A DNA stretch of 64,000 bases, taken from positions 90,336,001 to 90,400,000 of the forward strand of contig CM052817.1 in NCBI GenBank assembly GCA_028534125.1, read 5' to 3'. The stretch comes from Lama glama (taxonomy: Eukaryota). The position numbers were made by a program, and so were the translations under genes. Shown here in pieces: positions 1 through 13,374 of this stretch; the stretch's first letter is position 1; every line of letters begins with the position of its first letter. The notes under the pieces are model-generated. The model did not search any database. It had not been told where the DNA came from and saw only the letters and a program-made list of their open reading frames with translations.

Positions 1-79
1 TCACAGATTGCAACTATAATGTACTGTGAGCAAACACAAGAAAAAAATTGATAACAGTTGTGTTAGTGTCTTAGAGTAT

Positions 80-548
80 TATACTTGGGTGAACAGTGTC
101 TCTGAAAATTGATATCTTTCCATATCTCAAAATATCAACCTCTTTGGGAATGGAGTCTTTGCAGATGTAGTCAGGTTAATTTAATCAGGTTAAATTTAGG
201 CATATTGGATCAGAGTAGGCCCTAAACCCAATGATTGATGTCCTTATAAGAAAGCCATGTGAAGACACAGACACACAAACACAAGGAGAATGCCATGTGA
301 TAACAAAGGCAGAGATTAGAATGATGCATTTATAAGTCAAGGAAAACCAAGGATTGCCAACAACCAACAGAAGCTAGGAAGAAGCAAGGGAAGAAAGGAT
401 TATTTCCTAGAGCATTCAGAGGAAGCATGGTGCTGCCAGTGCCTTGGTTTTGAACTTCTAACCTCCAGAACAGAGAGAATAAATTTCTGTTCTTTGAGGC
501 TATTCAGTTTACCATAATTTGTTATGGTAGCCACAGGAAACTCATACA
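80..548 (+). mobile_element. MaLR solo LTR, MLT1C-like
   Basis: Resembles the recalled MLT1B/C consensus throughout (gtctttgcagatgta, gtccttataagaa, gccatgtga, aataaatttctgtt, ggaaactcataca end). Identical 5-bp flanks agtat at 75-79 and 549-553 form the TSD. Confidence 0.9.
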
Positions 549-950
549 AGTATAGAGCTCATCCTGTCAGATCTTACCATCATGCTTTCTAGAGTTTATA
601 AAGTGATGTATTGAATCACAGCATCCCAAACTGTTCTCCCTAACTCTTAGATACTTTGACTTCCAAAAAACATAGCTTAAAATCATTTCCTTGTTTCTAT
701 GAAGATTTTAATGAAACCACAGAAAACATAAAATATTACTAAAATCTTGTCAAAATACAAACTAAACTTTGTTAACCTCTTTGCGTATTTGGCAAATTCC
801 ATTCCATCTATAAATTTCATATCAGGGAAAATGAAATCACTTTACCTATGTAATATTTTATACATGTAAAATAATATATGTATTGTTAATTAGGGTTATG
901 ATTTTCTCACCTGTGATACTGAGGCTTTCGTAATGAAAGTCATAGATAAA

Positions 951-1127
951 TGTGGTATGTTGAGTAATGGTCCCCAAAGAGATCCTGATCCCAATCCTTG
1001 GAACTTGTGAATATTACCCTGTATGGTAAAGGAATTTGCAGTTGTGATTAAGTTAATCTTGTGATGGAGAGATTATCCTGGATTAGTCATGTAGGCTCAT
1101 TAAATATAATCACAAGTGTCCTCCTTA
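951..1127 (+). mobile_element. MaLR LTR 5' fragment, MLT1D-like
   Basis: tgtggta...aatggtccccaaaga...gagattatcctggatta...aatcacaagtgtcct resembles the MLT1D 5' half; truncated. Confidence 0.8.
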
Positions 1128-2217
1128 GATCTGTATCTATAAGATGGCTTTTGCTGTTGTAACCCATTAAAAAAAAAAAGAGGCTAAGATGTTGATCTGT
1201 TGCATGTAAACATTGGTCTAGAAATATTTGCAAAGTATAGAAAATGAAAATTTCCTTCTCTAATTTGGAAATGCAATGAGAATGAGAATAAAGAAAAGCA
1301 TTACAGTCAAATAGAAACTTATATGCTGTTTCTCTAAAATGTTTGATAATTTTTGAGGCCGTAAGAAGTCTAGAAAAGAATGAACTAACACTAAATTGAG
1401 CAGTATTATGTGTAGGTTGTGACAAAAATTCAGACTTGAAAAAAACAATTTTTTTGAGTAACATTGTTTCAGAATGTTTTTTAATTAACAGAAGAGATAC
1501 AAGTGAAACAGGACTTTTAAAATTTTTTAAATTAAAACTAATTTACACAGAATGCAAGTTAAATTTCACAAGATCAACTACCTCTATGCTTTAAAATCAT
1601 TTTCCCTGAAAAAGAAAGATTTAACTTTTTGAGTAATATTCAGTGTACTTCAGCGTGTTTACAAATGATGGACATTTCAATTTGGTCTGTGTGATGAGTT
1701 TATGGGTACAGAGAGCCTGACTGGCAAATGGTGATCTACCAAAGTAATCCAATGGATACAGCATGAGCATTTTTGGAGCACTGAACAATAATTTCTTAAT
1801 CTAAAAATATGCTGTTGCTAGTAAGTTCAATTTGTAAGTTTTTAATTTTCAGGTATGTTTCTGAGACTGTTTACCTTGACGTTATCACATTAGATTAGTA
1901 TCAGGACTTGGTGGCTTGTGGTCTTGATAAGATCAGAGCAACTGCAAGTTAATTAATTTTACATTTGACTATACTCAGTTTACCACTACCATAAGTTTTT
2001 TTAAAAAGAAAATTAAAAACGAACCTTCCCTGCTAAATATCCTTCACATATATGCACAACAATTTTGACTGTAATTTGCTACCAAAAAGAAAAAAAAAAA
2101 AGAAAGAAACAAAAAGGAAAAAAGGACATATTGAAGAATGCAGGCAGTATAGAAAAGTATTATTTAAAGAATAAACTGAGTAAAATTATCTACTGTAGTA
2201 TAGGACAAAAAGAAACA

Positions 2218-2325
2218 TTGTGATTGGCAGACTCTAAGATGGCTGCTATGATGCCCACTTCCCACTATTTCCATCCCCACATAATCCTTTCTCTTTGATT
2301 GTGGATGGGAGCTGTGGCTTGCTTT
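2218..2325 (+). mobile_element. MaLR LTR 5' fragment (MLT1E/F-like), cut by L1MC insertion
   Basis: ggcagactctaagatggc...ataatcctttctctttga...gctgtggcttgct resembles the MLT1E/F start; followed directly by an L1 3' end. Confidence 0.6.
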
Positions 2326-2329
2326 TCTT

Positions 2330-5300
2330 TCTTATTATTAAGACTTTTCTTTTATTAGAGCAGTTAAAGGTTCACAGAAAAATTGAGAAGGGAGTACAGA
2401 GTTCCCCTATATCCCCTGCCCCTAAACAGGCATAGCCTCCCCTATTATCAACATCCTCCACAGAATGGTACATTTGTTACAATTCATGAACCTACATTGA
2501 CACATCATAACCACCCAAATTATGTAGTTTACATTATGGTGTTGTGCATTCCATAGGTTTGGACACCTGTGTAATGACGTGTATCCATCATGACATTATA
2601 CAGAGTATTTTCATTTTCAGATCCTCTGTTCTCCACCTCTTTACCTGTCCCCTCTACTCCCAGCTGCTAGAGATCAATGATCTCTTTATTGCCTTTATAG
2701 TTTTGCCTTCTCCGTAATGTCAGAATTGTAATCATACAGTATGTAGCTTTTTCAAATTGGCTTCTTTCACTTAATAATATGCATTTAAGTTACCTGTATT
2801 TTTTATGGCTTAATAGATGATTTTTTAGTGCTGAATAATATTCCATTGTCTGTATATACTGCAGTTAATTAACCCATCCACCTGCTGAAAGACATCTTGG
2901 TTGCCTCCAAGTTTTGGCAATTATGAATAAAGCTGCTATAAACATCCATGTGCAGACTTTTTGTGGACATAAGTTTTAGACTCTTTGGGTAAATACTGAG
3001 GATTACAATTGCTGGATCTTGTGGTTAAAGTGTGTTTGGTTTTGTAAGATACTGCCAAACTCTTCCAAAGTGGCTCTACTTTTTTCCATTTCTGTCAGCA
3101 ACATATAAGAGTTCCTGTGGCTCCACATCCTCATCAGCACTTAGTATTCTCATTGTGCCAGATTTTGGCCATTCTGATAGATGTAGTGGTATTTCATTAT
3201 TGTTTTAATTTGCATTTTCCTAATAAGAGTTGGAGCATCTTTCTATATGATTATTTTCCATTGGTATTTCTTCTTTGTTGAGGTGTCTTTTAAGGTCTTT
3301 GGCCCATTTTTGATAAGGTTGTATAGTTTCTTATTGTTGAGTTTTGAGATCTTTGTATATTTTCAATGAATGTCCTATATCAGAGATATTTTTCCAAGTA
3401 TTTTCTTCCAGTCTGTAAATCATCTTTCATTTGCCTGGCATTGTCTTTCACAGAGCAGAAGTTCTTAACTTGAATGACGTCCAACTTACCCATTTTTATT
3501 TCGTAGATTGTGCCTTTGGCGTTTTATCTAAAAAGTCATCATCATTCCAAAGATCATTTAGGTTTTCTTCTTTATTACCTTATGGTAGTTTCATAGTTTT
3601 GCATTTTAGATGTATGCCTGTGATCCATTTTGAGTTAAGTTTTGTGAGGGGTGTAAGGGCTATATCTGGATTTATTTATGTATGCATTTTTTATTTAAGT
3701 ATAGTCAGTTTATAATGTGTCAATTTCTGGTGTACAGCATAATGTTTCAGCCATACATACATATACATACATGTATTCATTTTCATATTCTTTTTCATTA
3801 TAGGTTACTACAAGATATTGAATATAGTTCCCTGTCTGTACAGTATAAACTTGTTGTTTACTTTACATATAGTAGTTAGTATATGCAAAGCTCAAACTCC
3901 CAGTTTATCACTTCCCTCTGCGTTCCTGCCTGCCCCCTGGTAACTATAAGTTTGTTTTCTATGTTCATGAGTCTGTTTTGGTTTTATAAATAAGTTTATT
4001 TGTGTCTTTTTTTAGATTCCACATATTATTGATATCATATGTTATTTGTCTTTCTCTTTCTGGCTTACTTCAGTTAGAATGACAATCTCCAAGTCCATCT
4101 ATGTTGCAGCAAATGATATTATTTTATTTTTTATGGCCGAGTAGTATTCCATTGTATATATGGAATTTTCCAGTTGGAAAATTTCCAATTTTCACAACTT
4201 CTTTATACAGTCATCTATCTATGGACATTTATATTGTTTCCATGTCTTTGCTATTGTAAATAGTAGTTCTGTGAACACTGGGGTGCATGCATCTTTTTGA
4301 ACTAGAGTTCCCTCCAGATATATGCCCAAGAGTGGGATTGCTGGATCATATGGTTAGTCTATTTTTAGTTCTTTTAAGGAATCTCCATACTGTTTTCCAT
4401 AATGACTGCACAAAACTGCATTCCCACCAACAGTGTAGGAGATTTCCCTTTTCTCCTATGTATTTATTTTTGCATGTGGATGTTTAGTTGTTCCAGCACT
4501 ATTTGTTGAAGAAACACTTTGTTCTATTGTGTGGACTGTATTCCTTTGCCAAAGATCAGTTGACCATATTTACATGGGTCAATTTCTGGTCTCTCTTTTT
4601 TGTTCCATTGATTTGTTTATTCTTTTGCCAATACCACACTGTCTTGCTTATCATAGACTTAGAGGAAGGCTTGAAGTTGGGAGCATCAGTCCTCCAATGG
4701 TGTTTTTCTCCTTCAGTATTGCATTGGCTGTTGTAGGTCTTTTGCCTTGCCATATAAACTAACACTTAGTTTGCCAATTTTCACAAATAACTAGCTGGCA
4801 TTTTGATAGGGATTACGTTGAAACTACAGATAAAATTGGGAAGAACTGACATCTTGACAACATTGAATATTCCTATCCATAAACATGAAATTTGTCTCTA
4901 TTCAGTTTTTCTTTAATTTTGTTCAGCAGAGTTTTGTAGTTTTGCTCATATAGATCTTGTACATATGTTGCTTGATTTATACCTGAGCATTCAATTTTGG
5001 GGGGTGCTAATATAAATGGCATTGTGTTTTTTATTTCCAGTTCACTTGTTCATTGCTAATATATAGAGAAGTGATTTCATATATAAATCTTATATCATGC
5101 AAACTTGCCAGAATTGCTTAATAATTCAAAAATTTGTCAATTTTTTAAAATTTTATTCATAGATGATCACATCATCTGTGATCAAAGACAATTTTTCTTT
5201 CTTTCTTCCCAATTTGTATAACTTTTATTTCCTTTTCTTGATTTATTACATTAACATGGACTTCTAGTGTGATGTTTGAAAAGACTGGTGAGGGGGCATC

Positions 5301-5640
5301 TTGTACCTGATTTAGTAGGTAAGCTTCAGTTTTCTCACCATTAAGTATGATATTAGCTGTAGTAATTTTGTGTATATTTTTTATAAAGTTGAGATAATTT
5401 TCTTCTATTCCTTGTTTACCTTAGAGTTTTTATCGTGAATGAGTGTTGGGTTTTGTCAAATGTTTTTTCTACATCTACTAATATGATCATGTGATTCAGG
5501 GTTTTTTAGCCTGTTTATGTGATAAATTATAATAATTGAGTTTCAAATCTTGGGTCTGCCTTCCATAGTTGGGATAAATATTACTTGATCATGATGGATG
5601 ATTACTTTTATACATTATTGGATTTGATTTGCTAATTGAA
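2330..5640 (-). mobile_element. Old LINE-1 (L1MC1/2-like) 3' UTR plus ORF2 3' part, 5'-truncated, interrupted by a younger L1
   Basis: L1MC-type 3' end (agagcagtt..ggttcacag..aaattga, ggtacatttgttacaat..gatgaacctacattgacacatcat) followed by degenerate ORF2 antisense sequence. Confidence 0.85.
3692..4456 (-). mobile_element. Young lineage-specific L1 3' end (~765 bp) nested in L1MC
   Basis: Same 3' UTR as copies at 10.06, 18.48, 36.1 and 47.9 kb. TSD tatgtatgcattttt (3677-3691) / tatgtatttattttt (4457-4471); the host L1 resumes after it. Confidence 0.9.
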
Positions 5641-5860
5641 TATTCCTAAGAATTTTCCCATTTGTGATAAACAGTATACCTTATCCAGAATAACCAGCTT
5701 CACACTGGAAATTATATGATTAACCAGAATTTATAACTCAGTCTGAGCTTGATTTACCAATCGAGAATGAACATATCATCAATATTATACACACACACAC
5801 ACGTGTGTATTATGTACTTCCAATTTAATATTAATTTCAAGTATAAGTCCTTCTCTCTAG

Positions 5861-5893
5861 ACTCTGGCAATAAGGGAATTTAAATATCCCTAT
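5861..5893 (+). CDS. Candidate 33-nt in-frame internal exon (TLAIREFKYPY), gene unidentified
   Basis: Acceptor ccttctctctag, donor gtaagc, length divisible by 3, only phase 0 open, in non-repeat sequence. No homolog recognised. Confidence 0.3.
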
Positions 5894-8714
5894 GTAAGCA
5901 CAATATTATAGATTCTGAATTTATATTAGAGTTTGTCTCACATGATTGCACATTGGTTCTGGCTTTTTACCCCCAATTTTCTTCTTTAAAAAAAATTGAA
6001 GTAGTTACTGAAAAGAAAATGTTAGCCAAATTGAACACCGAATCTGCTTTAGTTTCTAGCATAGTTTGAACTAACCGCACATTGGGAAGAACTGATGCTG
6101 TTGAAGGCAACACTCCACATAGTCCTCTGTAGTCTAAAGTTAACCTCCTGGACGCATCACCTTTTCTCTAGACCATACTGGACTGTTAAAGAAAGAACTT
6201 GTGGGTACTGAGAGACTTGGATCTAAAATATCCTTAATTAAAGCTGAAATGTATTGATATTCTCCAAGGTATCTGATACTGCTTTAATTAACCACTGAAG
6301 TATGTTTATGTAATGTAAAGTTTCTTATTAGGCATACAAATTAAAACAGTATGACAGTAGATTTGAATGATATCCCTTTTCCAATGGTTTGGAAAAGGAC
6401 ATAGTCTCCCATTCAAACATCTGTCCCATTACAATTATACACACTGATGGGGTGAGACAGTAACATTGGTAACATTTGTTCTTAAATTCTTCCTCATACT
6501 TTGAAGTCTTTTATAGTGGCATCACTGTATCTTCTTAACATAATTCTATTGCCCTTTAGGCTTTGATTAATGAGTTTAGTTATGACGGTATTTTGTGCAC
6601 TAGTGTCAAGAAGTCACAATAAAGTTTATTCACGATATCTAGACCATTTTATTAAGGCAAATGGGCTTGATCCCCTGCTGGGGTTACACTAAAAGATCCT
6701 AGTCATCCTGCCACTCAAAATTACAGCATCTCCTTTACTTCACAACATTTAATTGGCACTATTTAGAAGGAATTTTACATTCCTCCTTTGTGTTATCATT
6801 TTTTAAAATTCATCAAAGCTATAGCAAACAATAAATTCATTGTGGTCTTTGTGCAGTATTAGGGGTGGAGAATAGCTAAACCACCTATTTTTTTTATAGT
6901 AACCCAGTAAATTTTTAATAGCTATTTCATCTATCTCTTCCTTTTTTATGTCTTGTTTTAATTAACTATCTGAACACTTCTACCTGGTTTAATTGCTCCA
7001 TGGGTATTTCATGCATTTAATTTGTATTGTTTACTTCTTAAATTGCAACTATTTTCCCATTACTCCACCCCATACTGGGGAAGCTCAGCAAGGAAGTACT
7101 CCACAACACCTGTCACATCACTCTGCCTTATGTGACCCTGTTCTGACAATAGGGCCACACACGGAGTCTAAGCAATTGGAAACTCCTTTCTCACAGCATC
7201 AAACATCACTTTGGTCAAAGGCATAGAGTTACTGACTATTTCTGTATCATCATTAAAACGAATCCACGTGTGTTTGCACTTCCCACATTTCAGCAGCCTC
7301 AGAAACAGTATTCCATTTAATAGCTTGGGATGGATTTGGACAATTTCTTTCTCAGGCTGTAAATTACCTGTCTCTACTTTATGTCACTCAACAGTTTGGG
7401 AGTTTGTCTATCTAGCTATATTTTCTGCAAAGTTGAAGTTAATGAAGATCCTGAGTTAAGACCAAATGTGCCTTTTCATTTAGTAACATCTATTTAAATA
7501 ATGTCTTAGAATAAATCTACTAATAATGTTCCACAAAATGACTTAACCATTTGAATCAATATTCCCATCTTTTAGGTGTCTCTTAATTCGTATCTCCTGT
7601 AATCATATAATCCTTGCAGTGATTTATTATTGGATGAGTCACATTTCATTTAAAAAAAAAAAGCCTACTTTTCTTTGGTGTCATGTTTGTCCTCTGAACA
7701 CACAGGTTCATGGACTGTAATTTGAGAGCTTGACAGCCTTGAGATTTTTACCAGTTACTTTTGTTTTCTCCAAAGCAACCAAAAGCAACCAAAGTACCAT
7801 ATTAAGGGGCTAACCTCCCCTTTGTTTGAATTTTTAAGAATCCATTTGGCTACTGCCCCTTGTTGTAGATCTAATGTCTCCAGTTCCCACTGATAAGTGT
7901 TTCTTCCTTTCAGTTGTCACAGTGATTGAGGACCTCAAAGCAGAGGTGGTCAGGAAGCCATCCTGGCTCTGCATATTCTCCATTCTGCCATTCCTCATCT
8001 TTCTTTTTCCTAAACCAAGCCTTAGCAATTATTTATATTATTGAGACAAGAGTATTACAATTAACTTGGTCACCATGCCAACTGCAGCAATTAATCAGAT
8101 AATTGAAAGAACATCCACAGGGTAAACTCCTGTAAAGGTGTTCATAAAGATAAAGGATATGGTACAGCAAGAGAAAGGAACTGCAAGAAATCATCTCAGA
8201 GATCAGAAAACTGTTAAGCACAGCCCCCAGGGATTTTTCTTGGTTACACAGAATATCCTTCATTTTCAAACTATGTGGTTAGTCTTAGTTTCAGGGAAGT
8301 CAAAACACAATATTCCACAATCCTCTGTACTCCACTGGTAAAGTACCTAAAACCAGGCTATGTAACCAATTAAACTAGATGTAAATCACTGATAGTACAT
8401 TTTCAGTTAACAATAGATACAAGAGTATTTTGTCTCCAGGGAAACTGTGAACTTTAACCAGCACATTGAAAGTACTAGGTAGCACAGTTTATTTTCACCG
8501 TGGCCAAGAGTCAGTACCAGATTTCCAAGCATTAACAAACTTAAACATGGAGCTACCCTAGACCAGCTTGAAGGCAAACGTATTTTCACATACCTTTTCC
8601 TAATTTGCAAAGATGTTTTATTTATCATGAAAGCTTTTTCTGCACATATTGAAATAATTAGGTAGTTTTCCTCCTTTATTTAGTGATATGGTGAATCAAA
8701 TGTATCTTTAAATA

Positions 8715-9790
8715 TTTTTATTAATAGACCTTATTTGTTAAAGCAGTAATGAGTTTACAGAAAAGTGAACAGAAAGTAGAATTCCTATATGCACCCTCTC
8801 CCCCCACCACAGTTTCCCTGATTATTTACATCTTGTACTGCTATGGTACATTTGTCACAAGTGATGACCCAACATTGATACATTATTATTTAAGACCATA
8901 GTTTACATTTGGGTTTATTCTTTGTTTTGTATAGTTTGATGGCTTTTGCAAAATGCATAACATCATGTATCCACCACAATGGTATCATCCTGAATAGTTT
9001 TACTGCTCTGATAATCTCCTAAACTTGACCTATGCATCCATTTGCCCTCTGCTCCTCAACCACAGGAAAACTGATCTTTTAACTGATCTTTTTACTGTCT
9101 CTACAATTTTACATGTTCCAGAATGCCATATAGTTGGAATTATACAGTATGAAGACTTTTCAGACTAGATTTTTCACTTAGCAATATGCATTAAAGTCCC
9201 TTCATCTCTTTTTATGGCTCAAAATCTCATCTTTTTTCATCACTGAGTAATAGTCCATTCTACGGACCTACCACTTTGTTTATCCATTCACTTGTTGAAG
9301 GACACCTTGGATACTTTGTTGCTTCTCAGTTTTGGCAAAGCTGCTATAAACATTTGTATGCAGGACATAAGTTTGTTTGTTTGTTTTGGACGTAAGTTTT
9401 CAATTTATTTAGGTAAACACCTGGAGTACAATGGATGGATCATATGGTAGGATTATGTTTCCTTATAATAAATTGCCAAACCGACTTCCAAAATGGCTAT
9501 GTGATTTTGCATTCCCCTCAGCAACAAAGAGTTCCTGTTGCTCCACATCCTCACTAACATTTAATGTTTAGGTATTGTGGATTTCAGCCATCCCAATAGT
9601 GGAGTGATATCTCATTGTTGTTTTAATTTGCATTTCCCTGATGACATATGATGTGGAGCATCTTTTCACATGCTTATTTTCCATCTGCGTATCTTTTTTG
9701 TCGAGGTATCTGTTAGTCTTTGGCCCATTTATTAATCAGATTATGCGTTTACTTCTTAATAAGTTTAAAGAGATCTTTGAATCTTCCAAA
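8715..9790 (-). mobile_element. L1MC-type 3' end nested in older L1
   Basis: aatagaccttattt..aagcagt..gtttacagaaaa, ggtacatttgtcacaa, ccatagtttacatt; similar to the 2330 and 45510 copies. Confidence 0.85.
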
Positions 9791-10057
9791 TACAAGATTG
9801 ATTTTTTTATGTTAAAGTTGTATTTCTGGAATAAACTCCACCTGGTCCTAATATATAATTCTTTTTATATATTTTTGGGTTTTATTTGGTAATATTTTAT
9901 TAAGGAATTTGCATTGATGTTCATGAAGTTATTTAAAGTTAATTTTTTGTGATGTCTTTACCTGGTTTTAGAGGAATCTTAGCTAAATAAAATGAGTTGG
10001 GAACTACTTCCTATTTACCTATTTGTAGAAAGCATTCATCTTGGCTTAGTATTTCTT

Positions 10058-10247
10058 CTTTTTAAAAATTTTTGTATTGAAGTACAGTCAGTTACAATGT
10101 GTCACTTTCTGGTGTACAGCACAATGTGCCAGTCATGTATATGCATATACATACATATATTCATTTTCATATTCTTTCTCATTAAAGATTGTTACAAGAT
10201 ACTGAATACAGTTCCCTGTGCTAGACAGAAGAAATTTTTCAAAAATC
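10058..10247 (-). mobile_element. Young lineage-specific L1 3' tail (~190 bp)
   Basis: ttgaagtacagtcagttacaatgtgtca..ttctggtgtacagcacaatgt is nearly identical to 18487 onward; short ttc(c)ttctt flanks. Confidence 0.9.
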
Positions 10248-11699
10248 TTTTCCTTCTTAAATATCTGATACAATTCAACAAAGAAACAATCTGAGCCTGG
10301 AGTTTTCTTTGTGGGAAGGTTTTGATTACTATTTCAGTTATTTTAATAGATACATGAGAATTAAATTTTTCTATTTAAGATTTATTTAAGATTTCTTTTA
10401 CTAGTTTTGGTAATTTATGTCTTTAGGAATTTCTCTTCATTTGTCAATATTATTGGTGTAAAGTTGTTCTAATGTTCCCTTATACTTGTAATTTTTGCAG
10501 GATTTTCAGCAGGGCCCACTGTTTCATTCTTGGCATTGATAATTTTATTCTCTCTCCTTTTTTCTTAATCTCAGTCTAGGGAATGATCGATCTTGTTGAC
10601 GTTTTCTAACAACAACTTTGGACTTTAAAATTTTTTCTCTATTCATCTGTTTTCTATTTTATTAATTTCTAATCTTGTTTTTATTTTCTACCATTCTACT
10701 TACTTAAGTTTCATTGTTTGTTTTCAAACTTCACAAGGTGGGAGATTAGGTAATTAATTTCAGACTCTTTTCTTAACTAAAGTTAAACATTTCCTTTTAA
10801 GTGTTTCTTTAGATAAATGCTTCAGATTTTGGTGTTTTATTTTTATAATTACCTAGTTCAAAATATTTTCTAATTTTCTTTATTATTTATTTTTTACCTG
10901 TGGGATATGTGTGATTTGTCAGATTTCCAGATAGTTGAGTGCTTTTCTGAATGTTATACTTTTACTGCTTTCTAATTTAATTCTATTGTATGTAGTCAAA
11001 AAAGATTCCTTGGGAGATTCATTATTTGTTTTTGAAATCTATTAAGACTTATTTTATGGTGCAGCAGATAATCTTCCTTACTGAATGTGTTGTGTGTACT
11101 TGAAAAGAATGCACATTCTGTAGTTATTGGATGTAGTGTTCTTTAAATGTTAATTTGGCTAAGATAGTTGATAGTGTCAATCAGATGTTCTCTATCCTTA
11201 ATCATTATTTTTATCAAGTTCCTTTACCAATAACTAAGAGAAGTGTGTTAAGGTCCCTAAATATTATTGTGAATTTGTTGATTTCCCCTATAAGTACTGT
11301 CAATTTTTGCTTCATACATTTTAAAGCCCTATTATTAGGTGATATACTTTTATAATTCAGTAAAGTATATTTAATATGGTACCAATCTTGTAAAAAAAAA
11401 ATGACCAAAACATTCTGTATCTATCTAAATATACACACACACACACGCTTACATGGGGGAAATGATGTATGGAAGAGCACACAATATATTTGAAAGAAGA
11501 CAAGAAGGAAGATGGCAAGTAAAACGTACAGTTTAGGAGAATTTTTTAATTGAAATTTTACCACACTTGTAATAAGGATAGAATACACTGTAATACTACT
11601 ACTTAGAATTCAAATTATGAATTAATATTTTCAAAATTACTAACAGTTGGTAAATATAAATCCTTATTCTCATATAAATATACATACACCTGTACATGC

Positions 11700-11741
11700 A
11701 ATACATATGCGCACACACACACACACATGCACACACACACA
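11700..11741 (+). repeat. Interrupted (CA)n microsatellite
   Basis: gcacacacacacacacatgcacacacacaca seen directly. Confidence 0.9.
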
Positions 11742-13374
11742 TTGTAATAAGAAGACAAGATTGAAAGTTATTTATTCATCTGAAGAGATTTGGTTTTAAA
11801 ATATGAAGGGTTAGTTTCTGCATTTTGGTTTGTTGCATTTTAATTACTGTTAGTGAAAAATATAATATAACTCTTAAAATTTCAATAATCATAAAAACTA
11901 ATTTAAAAATATTTAGTGTTCCAGGCAGTCTTCTGAATGACTTGTGTTGTTTCATTAAAATAATTTTAGGAATAAAGAAATGCAATTAGAATAACTGTGT
12001 AACTTTTCCCTATCTTGCATATTTTACCATGCCAAAAGAAAAGAAATATAGTTATACTTTTCTCCAATATAAATTGCTTCTGTGTCATAAAATTAAATCA
12101 ATGTCACAGCCATAAAAAGCAGTATCAGTCTCTCCAAACTAGCTAACATCGTCATGCTGAACAGCAAATAAAAGTGGCTTACATTTTCCTAAGAGACTTG
12201 GTACTTTCCCTTAGCTAAACAAGTAACTCATGATTTGAAGATGGCATTTTATTAGGAAAAAAAGGATAAAGTATTAAAATTGTAAGTACTCTCAAAGGAG
12301 CAAAGCTAGAAAAAAATGTTTCTATACCAAAAATCTACATGAAACAATTTAAACATTATTCATATCATTGCACTGGATGCATTTCATTTTGGAAATCATC
12401 TTGATTCTTTAAAAATAAACTAAAAATTGAATTAAATGGATTTTGAATTAATATCAGGGCTCACAGCAAAATTACCACATCTGAAGGACAGTATTGCAAC
12501 TACTGCAAATAGTAAAAATGTATAAATTTGGTATTCATTATTTTTGTGGAATACTAATGTAAGCTAGCATACAGTCTTTATTTTGATTAGTGCAAATGTA
12601 TAAACATTTAGATTCATTTATGAATTCAACTCAATAGAATTCAATAAATACATGTTAAACATCTATAATGTACAAAAACTAGGCTAAATACTGCAAAATA
12701 TAGAGCTGAGCAATAATAATAAATGTTAAATATAATGACAAACACAATCAGTAGCGTTAGATACTCAAACTGCTATAGATTTTTGGAGGAAGGGAAAAAT
12801 TACATGATACTTGATGGGTTAAATTCTTCAGTGTTATGGAAATGATAGAGGAAACAAGAGAGAATGAAGATAAAGAAGAGTATGAAGATGCCTACCTTGC
12901 CAGGATATTTCTTTCTTTATTAATATTCATGACAAACCTGAAATGTTGGTACTTTACACTTCATTTTAGAGATGAAGGTTAAAGAATTGAAGAAATCTCC
13001 TTTCCATTATTCCATTGGAAACTTCCAGGGGCTCCCACAAGTGTTCCTCTTCCGAAATCTAGAACAACTTAGAACCTATCTAGTTTTCTGTGTTCTCCTT
13101 TTTCTTATTAAACAAACCCCAAATTGTCAAGCTATTTTTGAGACAGTCTAGAGAGTAGAACAATTTTTTATTCATAAGCATTCTTGTGTCCATCAGACAC
13201 AGATGTACAGCCTCTTTTACCCACTGCCCACCCTTTTTTGAAAGAGTTTTACTGATAATCACCTTGAGCCACTGTGAAAGGATAAAAGGATAATAATCAG
13301 AAAATTCTGGAGGTAATAGGGTATTTTAGAGTTGGTTTTTCTGATCCTTATTCACACTTTTTTCAGAAAATAGC

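Larger units (their letters stand above)
8590..11370 (-). mobile_element. Ancient L1 ORF2 remnant (L1M/L1ME-like) hosting two later L1 insertions
   Basis: Degenerate antisense ORF2 phrases (ctgagcctggagttttctttgtgggaaggtttt, gtacttgaaaagaatg..cattctg) on both sides of the inserts. Confidence 0.75.

Noticed and set aside
6670..6745. Peptide VTLKDPSHPATQNYSI faintly resembling a retroviral pro-pol junction
   Set aside because: Too short, with no adjoining RT motifs or paired LTRs.
7900..8043. Acceptor ttcttcctttcag followed by open frame VVTVIEDLKAEVVRKPSWLCIFSILPFLIFLF
   Set aside because: No donor or convincing poly(A) context and no recognisable homolog; the hydrophobic run reflects a pyrimidine-rich tract.
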